Shown here: in pieces, positions 1-7,537 of the stretch | Position numbering within the stretch: position 1 is the first letter of the stretch | How the letters are laid out: each line of letters begins with the position of its first letter | From: Candidatus Kapaibacterium sp. | GTDB lineage: Bacteria > Bacteroidota > Ignavibacteria > Kapaibacteriales > UBA961 | Assembly: GCA_023259575.1 (NCBI GenBank) | Contig: JALRHN010000002.1 | Span: forward strand, 1-33,035 | Direction of reading: 5' to 3' | DNA length: 33,035 nucleotides | Translations under genes and position numbers: made by a program | The notes under the pieces: model-generated | What the model was told of the DNA's origin: nothing | Seen by the model: the letters and a program-made list of their open reading frames with translations, nothing else | Databases searched by the model: none

Positions 1-261
1 GCTGCTTGTATTGCTGCTAAGCTTTCAGGATGGGGTGTTTTAACTTTAGACCAACTTTATAGTGGTAGACTTCTCAATGTATTAGTAGATGAACATCATT
101 ATGGAGCAATTTGGGGCGGAATTCCATTAATTTCTTGTGATGTTTTTGAACATGCATATTATCACAAAGATGGTCCAGGAAGAGCAAAATATGTAGATAA
201 TTTTATTGCTTGTTTACACTGGGGTAGAATAAATGATAGATATAAAAAATACGCTAAATAA
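1..261 (+). CDS. Fe/Mn-type superoxide dismutase, C-terminal fragment (5' end lies outside window)
   Basis: Frame 1 is open from base 1 to TAA at 259-261. The translation ...GIPLISCDVFEHAYYHKDGPGRAKYVDNFIACLHWGRINDRYKKYAK carries the D-x-[WF]-E-H-A-Y-Y metal-ligand motif of the Fe/Mn SOD C-terminal domain. It is absent from the ORF track because there is no start codon in the window. Confidence 0.8.
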   Translation, partial: AACIAAKLSGWGVLTLDQLYSGRLLNVLVDEHHYGAIWGGIPLISCDVFEHAYYHKDGPGRAKYVDNFIACLHWGRINDRYKKYAK

Positions 262-282
262 TTTAGTATTATGATAATAAAT

Positions 283-322
283 GGGTAGAAATACTGCTTT
301 AAGTAAGATTTCTACCCTTTTT
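283..322. terminator. Putative bidirectional intrinsic terminator between the convergent SOD and response-regulator genes
   Basis: 10-bp perfect stem GGGTAGAAAT (283-292) / ATTTCTACCC (308-317) with a 15-nt loop, followed by T5 (318-322) on the + strand. The flank is A/T-rich in the other orientation. It sits directly after both stop codons. Confidence 0.7.
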
Positions 323-1034
323 ATATATCATCATCATCATCTATAATGTCTTCATCAGGGCTAATAACTTCTTTCATTCTATAACCTACACCACGAATGC
401 TCTGAAGTATTCTTGGAGACCCTGGCCTCTCGATTTTTGATCGTACTCTTTTAATATATACATCGATAATATTTGATTCGGGGTCAAAATTATGCTTCCA
501 TACATGCTGAGTAATCATGCTTCGGCTAATAATTCTATTCTTATTACGCATTAAATATTCTAGCAAAGCATATTCTTTTGTAGTCAACTCAATCTCTTTA
601 CCCCATCTATTAGCCACATGAGCAACTGTATCTAAAATTAAATCCATGCATTGCATTTTGGTAGATTTTTCTGGACTAGACCTTCGCATTATAGACCTTA
701 ACCTTGCAGCTAATTCTTCAAAATGAAATGGTTTTGCCATATAATCATCAGCCCCTAAATCTAAGCCTGAAACTCTATCCTCGGTGTTTCCTCTAGCAGT
801 TAACATCAATACAGGAGTTGCATTTCCAGCGCCCCTTAATGCACTTAGGACAGCAAATCCATCTCTTTTTGGTAGCATTACATCTAATACTATTGCATCA
901 AATTGATTATGCAATGCTATTTCTAATCCTGTTTGACCATCAAAGGCTGTTTCAACTATATAACGCTCTTCCTCTAAACCTCTTTTGATAAAAAGCGCCA
1001 TCTTTTTTTCATCTTCAATAACCAGAATTTTCAT
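321..1034 (-). CDS. OmpR/PhoB-family two-component response regulator with an acidic C-terminal tail
   Basis: Receiver-domain motifs are present (IEDE near the N-terminus, phospho-acceptor context VLDVMLP, MLTA, AKPF). A winged-helix output domain follows (LTTKEYALLEYL...IRGVGYR). It ends in SPDEDIIDDDDDI. Confidence 0.92.
   Translation of the reverse strand: MKILVIEDEKKMALFIKRGLEEERYIVETAFDGQTGLEIALHNQFDAIVLDVMLPKRDGFAVLSALRGAGNATPVLMLTARGNTEDRVSGLDLGADDYMAKPFHFEELAARLRSIMRRSSPEKSTKMQCMDLILDTVAHVANRWGKEIELTTKEYALLEYLMRNKNRIISRSMITQHVWKHNFDPESNIIDVYIKRVRSKIERPGSPRILQSIRGVGYRMKEVISPDEDIIDDDDDI
327..341 (-). repeat. (GAT)5 trinucleotide repeat encoding the DDDDD tail of the response regulator
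   Basis: The + strand reads ATCATCATCATCATC at 327-341. In the gene frame this gives five consecutive GAT Asp codons just before the final Ile and stop. Confidence 0.9.
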
Positions 1035-1060
1035 GATAAAACTGTTTTATGATGAATAAA

Positions 1061-1672
1061 TCAGTAAAGAAACTCTACATATTCTGCTAATTCTTCATGA
1101 GACATGAAATGCATCAACATGCGGTCTTCCTTTAATTGCTCAACTGCCTTTTTTACAGCTACTATGTCTAATCCATGATGATAAGAAAATCTCCATATAT
1201 CTATGGGGGCCATACTTATCTCTAAAGCTAATAATTGCGCTATAGTCAAGCTTTCTTTCTGTAAAAAGCGTTCTTTTACAGCTTCTAAATAAAATGTAAT
1301 TTCATCTCCAATCAGATGAGCAGGTGTAAAATAATAATTATTATTACTTATTAAATCACAAATAGGAAATCCTCTAACTGGATCTAATAATAGCGGCAGA
1401 AAACTTAAACTAACTATATATAGCATTTCAGAATCTTCGGCTTCCCATAAATCCACCCAAATATCTAAATGTTCTGCTTTTAGCCATTCAAAAAAAGAAA
1501 TCTCTTTTGGTGGCAATTTGATCAATAAAGATGAGCCAAATGTTCTTATTAATTGTATTGCAATTTCTTGATTCAAATATGAAAGTGTTTCTTGATTGAA
1601 TTCAATGATTGTATTCTTATCAGATTGAGATATTTGTTGTTCTATCGATAATATTAAATCTTCTATGTTCAT
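1061..1672 (-). CDS. Hypothetical acidic cytoplasmic protein (203 aa), no family recognised
   Basis: Intact ORF on the same strand as its neighbours. It starts 14 bp after the pheT stop and ends 26 bp before the response-regulator start. No TM segments and no motif I can name. Confidence 0.6.
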   Translation of the reverse strand: MNIEDLILSIEQQISQSDKNTIIEFNQETLSYLNQEIAIQLIRTFGSSLLIKLPPKEISFFEWLKAEHLDIWVDLWEAEDSEMLYIVSLSFLPLLLDPVRGFPICDLISNNNYYFTPAHLIGDEITFYLEAVKERFLQKESLTIAQLLALEISMAPIDIWRFSYHHGLDIVAVKKAVEQLKEDRMLMHFMSHEELAEYVEFLY

Positions 1673-1686
1673 CTTTTATCCAGTAT

Positions 1687-4134
1687 TTAACTTCTTACCT
1701 TGCAATCTAATTGCTGTTCAACTTTCATTATAATCTTATTGATTGCTTCCTGAATTTCTTGATCTATTAATGTTCTATCAGATGCTTGGAATATAAAACT
1801 TATACCAATAGATTTTTTTTGATCACCTAGTGATTTTCCAATAAACACATCAAAAACCTGTATATCCTTTAAGAATGGAACTCCCGTTGAATGCGCTACC
1901 TCTATAATTTTCTCTGCTGGAATATGCATATCAGCAACAAAAGCAATATCTCTATTAACAGATGGGAATGTATTTATCTGTTTGAAAAATTGCTTTTTCT
2001 GTTTTAACTGATATAGTGCAGAAAGCTCTATAATTGCTGCATACACTGGAATATCACAATCAAATGAACGAATATATTGAGGCTCTAATTGTCCTGCACA
2101 GCCTATATATTTTTTTCCTGCATAAATAGATATGATATTCTTACTAAGAATTGCTTTAGGAAGAGTTAAAGGTAATTCAGATTTAATCGTTATACCTTCT
2201 AAAAGTAAAGAATCACATAGATGTTCTACAATTCCTTTTATATCATAAAAATCATATGGTTTTGATTGTTCAGACCAATGTTCATTGCCAGATATACCTG
2301 TTAATGAAATGATTAATTGCTCTGTTTCATCATATCCTTCCAATGAAGCAATTCCTGACTTTTTTTCTGGTTTTCTATTAAATACTTTACCGATATCAAA
2401 AAGTGCTAATGTTTTTTTTCCATTACGAATATTATGAGAAATTACTTTTATATGTGCTGGTACTATTGAAGGACGCATCACAGAAAATTCTTCACCTAAT
2501 GGATTTGCTAATAATATGGGAGAATCGGTAAACAAAGAAGCTGATTTTTTATCTAAAAAACTGTATGTAATAATCTCGCTAAAGCCATTATATACCAAGT
2601 GTTTACGTATAATATTACGCAAAACAGGCTGGCTTAATGCACTGTGAATAGACCGTTCAACAGGAAAATGAACTTCAGTTTGGGAAGGGATACTATCATA
2701 ATTTCTTATTCTAGCAATTTCCTCTATTAAGTCTATTTCTTGGGATAAATCAATTCTCCATGAAGGACATTCAACTACAAGTTCTTCAGAATTATTTTCT
2801 TTTATCTTGCAGCCAATAGATTCCATACAAAGAATAATATCTTCTATAGATAAAGGAATACCTATAATAGATATAGCTTTGTGTAATCGTAGATGTATAG
2901 TCTTTGATGTATGTGTAATTGGATAGATATCCTGCATGTCCCCGTAAATAGATCCTCCAGCTATATCAATAATCATCTGTGCAGCCCTAAGTGCAGCATG
3001 AGGCAACATATTGATATCTACACCACGTTCATATCTATAAGCAGCATCACTAGAAATCCCTAAGACTTTTGCTGTTCTTCTAATTGAAGAAGGCTTAAAA
3101 TATGCTGATTCAATAAAAACATTTACAGTTGATTGTGATATTTCGCTATTCTTTCCACCCATTACTCCAGCTATAGCAATTGGCTTTTCAGCATCACAAA
3201 TCATAAGCATAGAATTATCTAAAACTCTTTCTTTACCATCTAAAGTGATAAAAGAACTTCCAGATTCTGCAGTTTTTATAATAATAGAATTACCAGAAAT
3301 ACAATCTGCATCGAAAGCATGCAGAGGTTGTCCGGTTTCCATAAGAACATAATTAGTAATATCGACAATTGAATTTTTGGGTCTTAAACCAATTGATTCT
3401 AATCGTTTTTTCAACCAATCCGGAGAATCACCTACTGAAATTCCCTTAATAAGAATTCCCATATAGCGATTACATATATCTTCTGAAACAATAGAAATAG
3501 AGGGAATATCAGTACTTGCTATTCTTTTATTATAGTTATCTAAAGCTAATTGTTCTGCAGGAATCGTAAATTCATTCAATTGATTATTAAGGCAAGCAAT
3601 TTCTCTTGAAAGGCCAATATGGCTTAAACAATCAGCTCTATTTGGCGTTATTCCTATTTCAAAAACAATATCATTAGCACCAAGAAATTCTGCTAATGTA
3701 ATACCTATTGGAGTATCCTGAGGCAAAACCCAAATACCACCATCATCATCACCAAGATTAAGTTCATATTTACTACAAATCATACCATTAGATTCTATAC
3801 CACGGATTTTTCTTTTAGCAATCGCAAAACCACCCTGGGGAATAATAGCACCCTGTTTAGCAACAATTACAATTTGTCCAGCAGCAATATTAGGAGCACC
3901 ACATATGATAATAGATTCAGCATCTCCAGTAAAAACGGTACAAACAGATAATGAATCAGCATTAGGATGCGGTTCACATTGCAGAACTTTTCCAGTATAA
4001 AAACCATGATATGTACTAGCATTATCAAGTATAGACTCAATTTCGATGCCCAGCATCATAAGTCCATCTGATAATTCTTGAGGATTTTGCTTAAAATTAA
4101 AGCACTCTTTAAGCCAATTTTGAGATACAATCAT
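1687..4134 (-). CDS. pheT: Phenylalanine--tRNA ligase beta subunit
   Basis: About 815 aa with the canonical N-terminus MIVSQNWLKE, an OB/tRNA-binding region, the B3/4 and B5 region, the IAGVMGGKNSE motif and a C-terminal FDX-ACB-like end. I moved the start from the track's TTG at 4155 to ATG at 4134, which reproduces the usual PheT N-terminus. Confidence 0.95.
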   Translation of the reverse strand: MIVSQNWLKECFNFKQNPQELSDGLMMLGIEIESILDNASTYHGFYTGKVLQCEPHPNADSLSVCTVFTGDAESIIICGAPNIAAGQIVIVAKQGAIIPQGGFAIAKRKIRGIESNGMICSKYELNLGDDDGGIWVLPQDTPIGITLAEFLGANDIVFEIGITPNRADCLSHIGLSREIACLNNQLNEFTIPAEQLALDNYNKRIASTDIPSISIVSEDICNRYMGILIKGISVGDSPDWLKKRLESIGLRPKNSIVDITNYVLMETGQPLHAFDADCISGNSIIIKTAESGSSFITLDGKERVLDNSMLMICDAEKPIAIAGVMGGKNSEISQSTVNVFIESAYFKPSSIRRTAKVLGISSDAAYRYERGVDINMLPHAALRAAQMIIDIAGGSIYGDMQDIYPITHTSKTIHLRLHKAISIIGIPLSIEDIILCMESIGCKIKENNSEELVVECPSWRIDLSQEIDLIEEIARIRNYDSIPSQTEVHFPVERSIHSALSQPVLRNIIRKHLVYNGFSEIITYSFLDKKSASLFTDSPILLANPLGEEFSVMRPSIVPAHIKVISHNIRNGKKTLALFDIGKVFNRKPEKKSGIASLEGYDETEQLIISLTGISGNEHWSEQSKPYDFYDIKGIVEHLCDSLLLEGITIKSELPLTLPKAILSKNIISIYAGKKYIGCAGQLEPQYIRSFDCDIPVYAAIIELSALYQLKQKKQFFKQINTFPSVNRDIAFVADMHIPAEKIIEVAHSTGVPFLKDIQVFDVFIGKSLGDQKKSIGISFIFQASDRTLIDQEIQEAINKIIMKVEQQLDCKVRS

Positions 4135-4382
4135 GAGTAAATAAGAATTAATCAAAAAAAGAGAGAAACAATCAAATCATGAAATTACATGTGCAAATAT
4201 AAGTGTTAAACATCTTTATGCTTAATCTATAGTAAATCTGATTAGATATATGAATTGATAAAGAAGCATTAATATAAGTGGAATACAAGTATTTCATAAA
4301 TGATAGACCCTGCTTTTATCATTTTTTTGGTAATTTTGTGATGAAAACTTTCACTCTTCAAACCATTCTTTAAAGAAAATCC

Positions 4383-4598
4383 ATGACACAAGATCCTCTT
4401 TTGGGGAAGATTCGCAAAGCAATACTAACATTACAAATAGCCAATGGCATAGCTGCTTTAGCCTTTTTGGGAGGTTGGTTTGTATCCCAAGAATCTTTAT
4501 TTCTGATAGCTTCTGCATGTATGGTTATAGCTTTCATTGGACTTATTTTTCTAAAAAAGAGAATACTTTCTTCTCTTTTTCCAACTGATTCCAAATAA
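4383..4598 (+). CDS. Possible small two-helix membrane protein (71 aa)
   Basis: ATG-started ORF with two hydrophobic stretches (ILTLQIANGIAALAFLGGWFV and LFLIASACMVIAFIGLIFL). It ends 31 bp upstream of ddl on the same strand. No family recognised, and coding status is unproven. Confidence 0.35.
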   Translation: MTQDPLLGKIRKAILTLQIANGIAALAFLGGWFVSQESLFLIASACMVIAFIGLIFLKKRILSSLFPTDSK

Positions 4599-4629
4599 CT
4601 GTCTTTAACTGAATTACGGATAAATACAT

Positions 4630-5643
4630 ATGAATATAGCAATTGTATGTGGTGGCATTTCCCCTGAAAGGAATGTATCATTAGTAGGTGGATTAGCGGC
4701 AGCAAATGCATTAGAGCATAATGGACATACAGTTAGAATTATAGACCCAGCATTTGGTTCTGATTCTATTCGTTCAAAAGATCAAATACTTGTAAATCCA
4801 TCAGAATTACCAAGTTCTGATATTTTAGATCTGCCTAAACAACGATTATTAGATTGCGTGCAATCATCTGCATTTGATGGTATTGATAAAGCCTTTTTAT
4901 TAATTCATGGGACAAATGGAGAAGATGGAATTTTTCAGGCATTATTAGAAGCCAAAGGAATCCCATATACAGGCAGCAAAGTGATGTCTAGCGCATTGGC
5001 AATGAATAAATTAGCTTCTAAGGTAATGTTTTCTGCAGTTGGCATTCAAACTCCAATATGGATAGCTGCAGTAAAAAGTAAAGGACACTTAGAAAATCCT
5101 GCAACAATACAAGATATTTTAGAAGAGATTCCAGGTAGTATAGTTATCAAACCTAATGATCAAGGTTCTACCGTTGGAATGACTATACTTCATAATCCAA
5201 CAACCGAAACCATTTACAATGCTTTACAACTTGCGGGTGAATATTCTGATATTGTACTTATTGAAGAATTTATAGATGGCCGTGAATTAACTGTTGCAGT
5301 ATTAGGTGATGAAGCACTTCCAATTATAGAAATTGTGCCCGAGGGTGGTTTTTATGATTATAAAAGAAAATATACCAAAGGATTTACGGAATATCATTGT
5401 CCTGCAGATTTATCAGAAGACATTTCAAGCTTTGTTCAAAATCTTGCTATTTCTGCTCATCACGCATTAGGATGCACTGCTTATAGTAGAGTAGATTTTA
5501 GATTAAATGAAGATAATGTTCCTTATTGTTTAGAAGTAAATACAATACCTGGTTTTAGCTCTACAAGCTTAGTTCCAATGGCAGCAAAAGAAGCAGGTAT
5601 TGATTTTAATAGATTATGTGAAATGATTATTGAACTATCATAA
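4630..5643 (+). CDS. ddl: D-alanine--D-alanine ligase
   Basis: ATP-grasp enzyme of typical length (337 aa). Ddl-like motifs: GGISPERNVSL near the N-terminus, HGTNGEDG, RVDFRL and EVNTIPG near the C-terminus. Confidence 0.9.
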   Translation: MNIAIVCGGISPERNVSLVGGLAAANALEHNGHTVRIIDPAFGSDSIRSKDQILVNPSELPSSDILDLPKQRLLDCVQSSAFDGIDKAFLLIHGTNGEDGIFQALLEAKGIPYTGSKVMSSALAMNKLASKVMFSAVGIQTPIWIAAVKSKGHLENPATIQDILEEIPGSIVIKPNDQGSTVGMTILHNPTTETIYNALQLAGEYSDIVLIEEFIDGRELTVAVLGDEALPIIEIVPEGGFYDYKRKYTKGFTEYHCPADLSEDISSFVQNLAISAHHALGCTAYSRVDFRLNEDNVPYCLEVNTIPGFSSTSLVPMAAKEAGIDFNRLCEMIIELS

Positions 5644-5659
5644 GTTATATATACTCAAG

Positions 5660-5992
5660 ATGGCTAAAAATCAAATCAACACACAAGGTATACATAAAGA
5701 ATCATCAGAAATTATTCATACCAGAAAATTTTTGAATAGATGGTCTTTAATGGGATTGATTCTATTAAGTGCTTTAGGTACAGCTATTTATGTAAATAGT
5801 GTAATGAGAATAAATGCAGTACTTGGAGAAATACGAGTCCTAGAAAAAAATAGAGATTCATTAATGATTATAAATCAATCTCTTCAAGCAAAAGTATTTG
5901 AATTGCAATCTGCTTCTAGAATAACATCAATCGCAAAAAAAAATCTTGGTATGATATCGAATCCAAAAGCTCCTCACATTGTTGATAAATAA
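5660..5992 (+). CDS. FtsL-like cell-division protein (single TM plus coiled coil)
   Basis: 110 aa counted from ATG 5660 (MAKNQ...). It has one TM (LMGLILLSALGTAIYV), a coiled-coil stretch, then SASRITSIAKKNLGMISNPKAP. That last segment resembles the conserved R-[IV]-x-x-[IL]-A-x-x-x-L-x-M element of FtsL proteins. The gene follows ddl. The track's start at 5630 is a TTG inside ddl. Confidence 0.5.
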   Translation: MAKNQINTQGIHKESSEIIHTRKFLNRWSLMGLILLSALGTAIYVNSVMRINAVLGEIRVLEKNRDSLMIINQSLQAKVFELQSASRITSIAKKNLGMISNPKAPHIVDK

Positions 5993-6023
5993 GTATTTAC
6001 ATATATAGGAATTAACTATCTGT

Positions 6024-7409
6024 ATGAACAAACAAAAAGTTACGCTTATAAAAGGCGATGGAATTGGACCAGAAATTTCCGAAGCTGTACAATTAATTTT
6101 TTTGGCAGCTGGTGTCCCAATTGAATGGGAAGAAGCAGAGGCAGGTTTATATTGCATTGAGGCCTATGGTAATGGGATTCCGCAAGAAACACTTGATTCA
6201 ATATCTAGGAATAAAGTCGCTTTAAAAGCACCAACCACAACTCCTATTGGCGGTGGACATAAAAGTATAAATGTAACGATAAGAAAAAAATTGGATTTAT
6301 TTGCGAATGTAAGACCTTCTAAATCATTGCCTGGTATTAAAACCAGATTTGACAATGTAGATTTAGTTATTGTTCGTGAAAATCTTGAAGATACATATGG
6401 TGGAATAGAGCATCAGCAGACACCAGAAGTTGCACAATGTTTACGATTAATTACTCGTTCTGGATCCAGAAATGCTGCCAGATATGCATTTGAAATGGCC
6501 AGATTAACTGGAAGAAAAAAAATTACTTGTATACATAAAGCTAATATTCAAAAAATGACAGATGGTTTATTCTTGAATTCATTTAAGGAAGTTGGCTTAG
6601 ATTATCCTGATATTCAGCAAGATGACATGTTAATTGATAATCTGTGCATGCAATTAGTAACACGTCCAGAACAATTTGATGTATTATTATTACCAAATCT
6701 TTTTGGTGATATTGTTAGTGATTTATGTGCTGGTATAGTAGGTGGTTTAGGGGTTGCACCAGGAGGAAATATCGGTAAAGATTCTGCAGTATTCGAAGCA
6801 GTTCATGGATCAGCACCTGATATAGCTGGCAAAGGCTTGGCTAATCCAACAGCAATTTTATTATCAAGCTTACAAATGCTTAGATATATGGGATTAGGTT
6901 CTTATGCACAAAGAATTGAAGATGGTTTACATGCTGCCTTATCAGAAGGAATTAAAACTAAAGACTTAGGTGGTTCTGCTTCAACATCCGAGTTTACTCA
7001 AGGAATTATCGAAAGAATACCAGCTGGTTCTATTTCTGAAAAACAAGAACAAGCAAGACGTATCATTATTCCTCATGAACCTTTAACCGAACAAAAAGAA
7101 CCATGGAATATCGTTGGCGTAGATGTATTTGTAAAATCTACAAATGGAATACCACAATTTGCTGAAACAATTGGATTATTCTCAATTGGAATGATTTCTA
7201 ATAGGGGAACAAAAGTATTTCCAGGACATGCACCCGATATTCTTATGGTAGATTGTTATCGTTGTCGTTTTTATGCTAATACATCTGTAAACCAAAAAGA
7301 TGTACTTGATCTATTAGCTTTATTACCTGAAGAATATCCATGGATGCATGTAGAATTACTTCAAAATGAAGGATCTAACGTATTATATTCTAAAGCTCAG
7401 GGCGAATAA
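6024..7409 (+). CDS. icd: Isocitrate dehydrogenase of the IDH3/NAD-type beta-decarboxylating dehydrogenase family, with a C-terminal extension of about 125 aa
   Basis: Residues 1 to about 330 carry KGDGIGPE, GGGHKSINVTIRKKLDLFANVRP, IVRENLEDTYGGIEH, LLLPNLFGDIVSDL and HGSAPDIAGKGLANP. These are typical of mitochondrial-type isocitrate dehydrogenases. Residues from about 333 to 461 are additional. Confidence 0.85.
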   Translation: MNKQKVTLIKGDGIGPEISEAVQLIFLAAGVPIEWEEAEAGLYCIEAYGNGIPQETLDSISRNKVALKAPTTTPIGGGHKSINVTIRKKLDLFANVRPSKSLPGIKTRFDNVDLVIVRENLEDTYGGIEHQQTPEVAQCLRLITRSGSRNAARYAFEMARLTGRKKITCIHKANIQKMTDGLFLNSFKEVGLDYPDIQQDDMLIDNLCMQLVTRPEQFDVLLLPNLFGDIVSDLCAGIVGGLGVAPGGNIGKDSAVFEAVHGSAPDIAGKGLANPTAILLSSLQMLRYMGLGSYAQRIEDGLHAALSEGIKTKDLGGSASTSEFTQGIIERIPAGSISEKQEQARRIIIPHEPLTEQKEPWNIVGVDVFVKSTNGIPQFAETIGLFSIGMISNRGTKVFPGHAPDILMVDCYRCRFYANTSVNQKDVLDLLALLPEEYPWMHVELLQNEGSNVLYSKAQGE

Positions 7410-7537
7410 AGCTGAGTTTTGAATGAATATGTATATGTAATGAAATACTGAAATTGAATTGTCGAAAGAGTTTTCTATCTTTGCCACTGATTAGCACATT
7501 ATTAATCTCTGTAGATCTCTGAGGAGAGAGCATAATT

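Noticed and set aside
4135-4155. Track N-terminal extensions using TTG or upstream starts: pheT 4155, FtsL-like 5630, DUF885 23039, rnr 24771, M61-like 27010, ptrB 28850
   Set aside because: The extensions overlap the upstream gene or add residues that do not resemble the family N-termini. Internal ATGs reproduce the canonical N-termini or signal peptides, so I used those.
4194-4201. Matches to the Bacteroidota -7 promoter motif TAnnTTTG: 4194-4201 on the minus strand upstream of pheT, 4331-4338 (+) upstream of the 71-aa ORF, and 21935-21942 (+) upstream of moxR
   Set aside because: At this base composition the 6 specified bases are expected by chance at roughly one hit per 1.5 kb per strand. 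I found no convincing -33 element, and the lineage is itself inferred. This is not enough to call promoters.
4135-4382. Possible T-box leader or other structured RNA upstream of pheT
   Set aside because: I could see no specifier-loop or T-box consensus, no GC-rich stems, and no terminator/antiterminator pair. T-box control is mainly a Firmicutes feature.
4370-4711. 113-aa minus-strand ORF overlapping the small membrane ORF and the start of ddl
   Set aside because: It runs antisense into the well-supported ddl N-terminus. Its composition is low-complexity and His/Leu-rich, and it has no recognisable motif. It is most likely a chance ORF in AT-rich DNA.
7394-7420. Weak hairpin (AGCTCAG / CTGAGTT, includes a G-U pair) with T4 overlapping the icd stop codon
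   Set aside because: The stem is only 5 Watson-Crick pairs plus wobble and A-T extensions, the loop is 11 nt and the T-run is short. It is too marginal to call a terminator.
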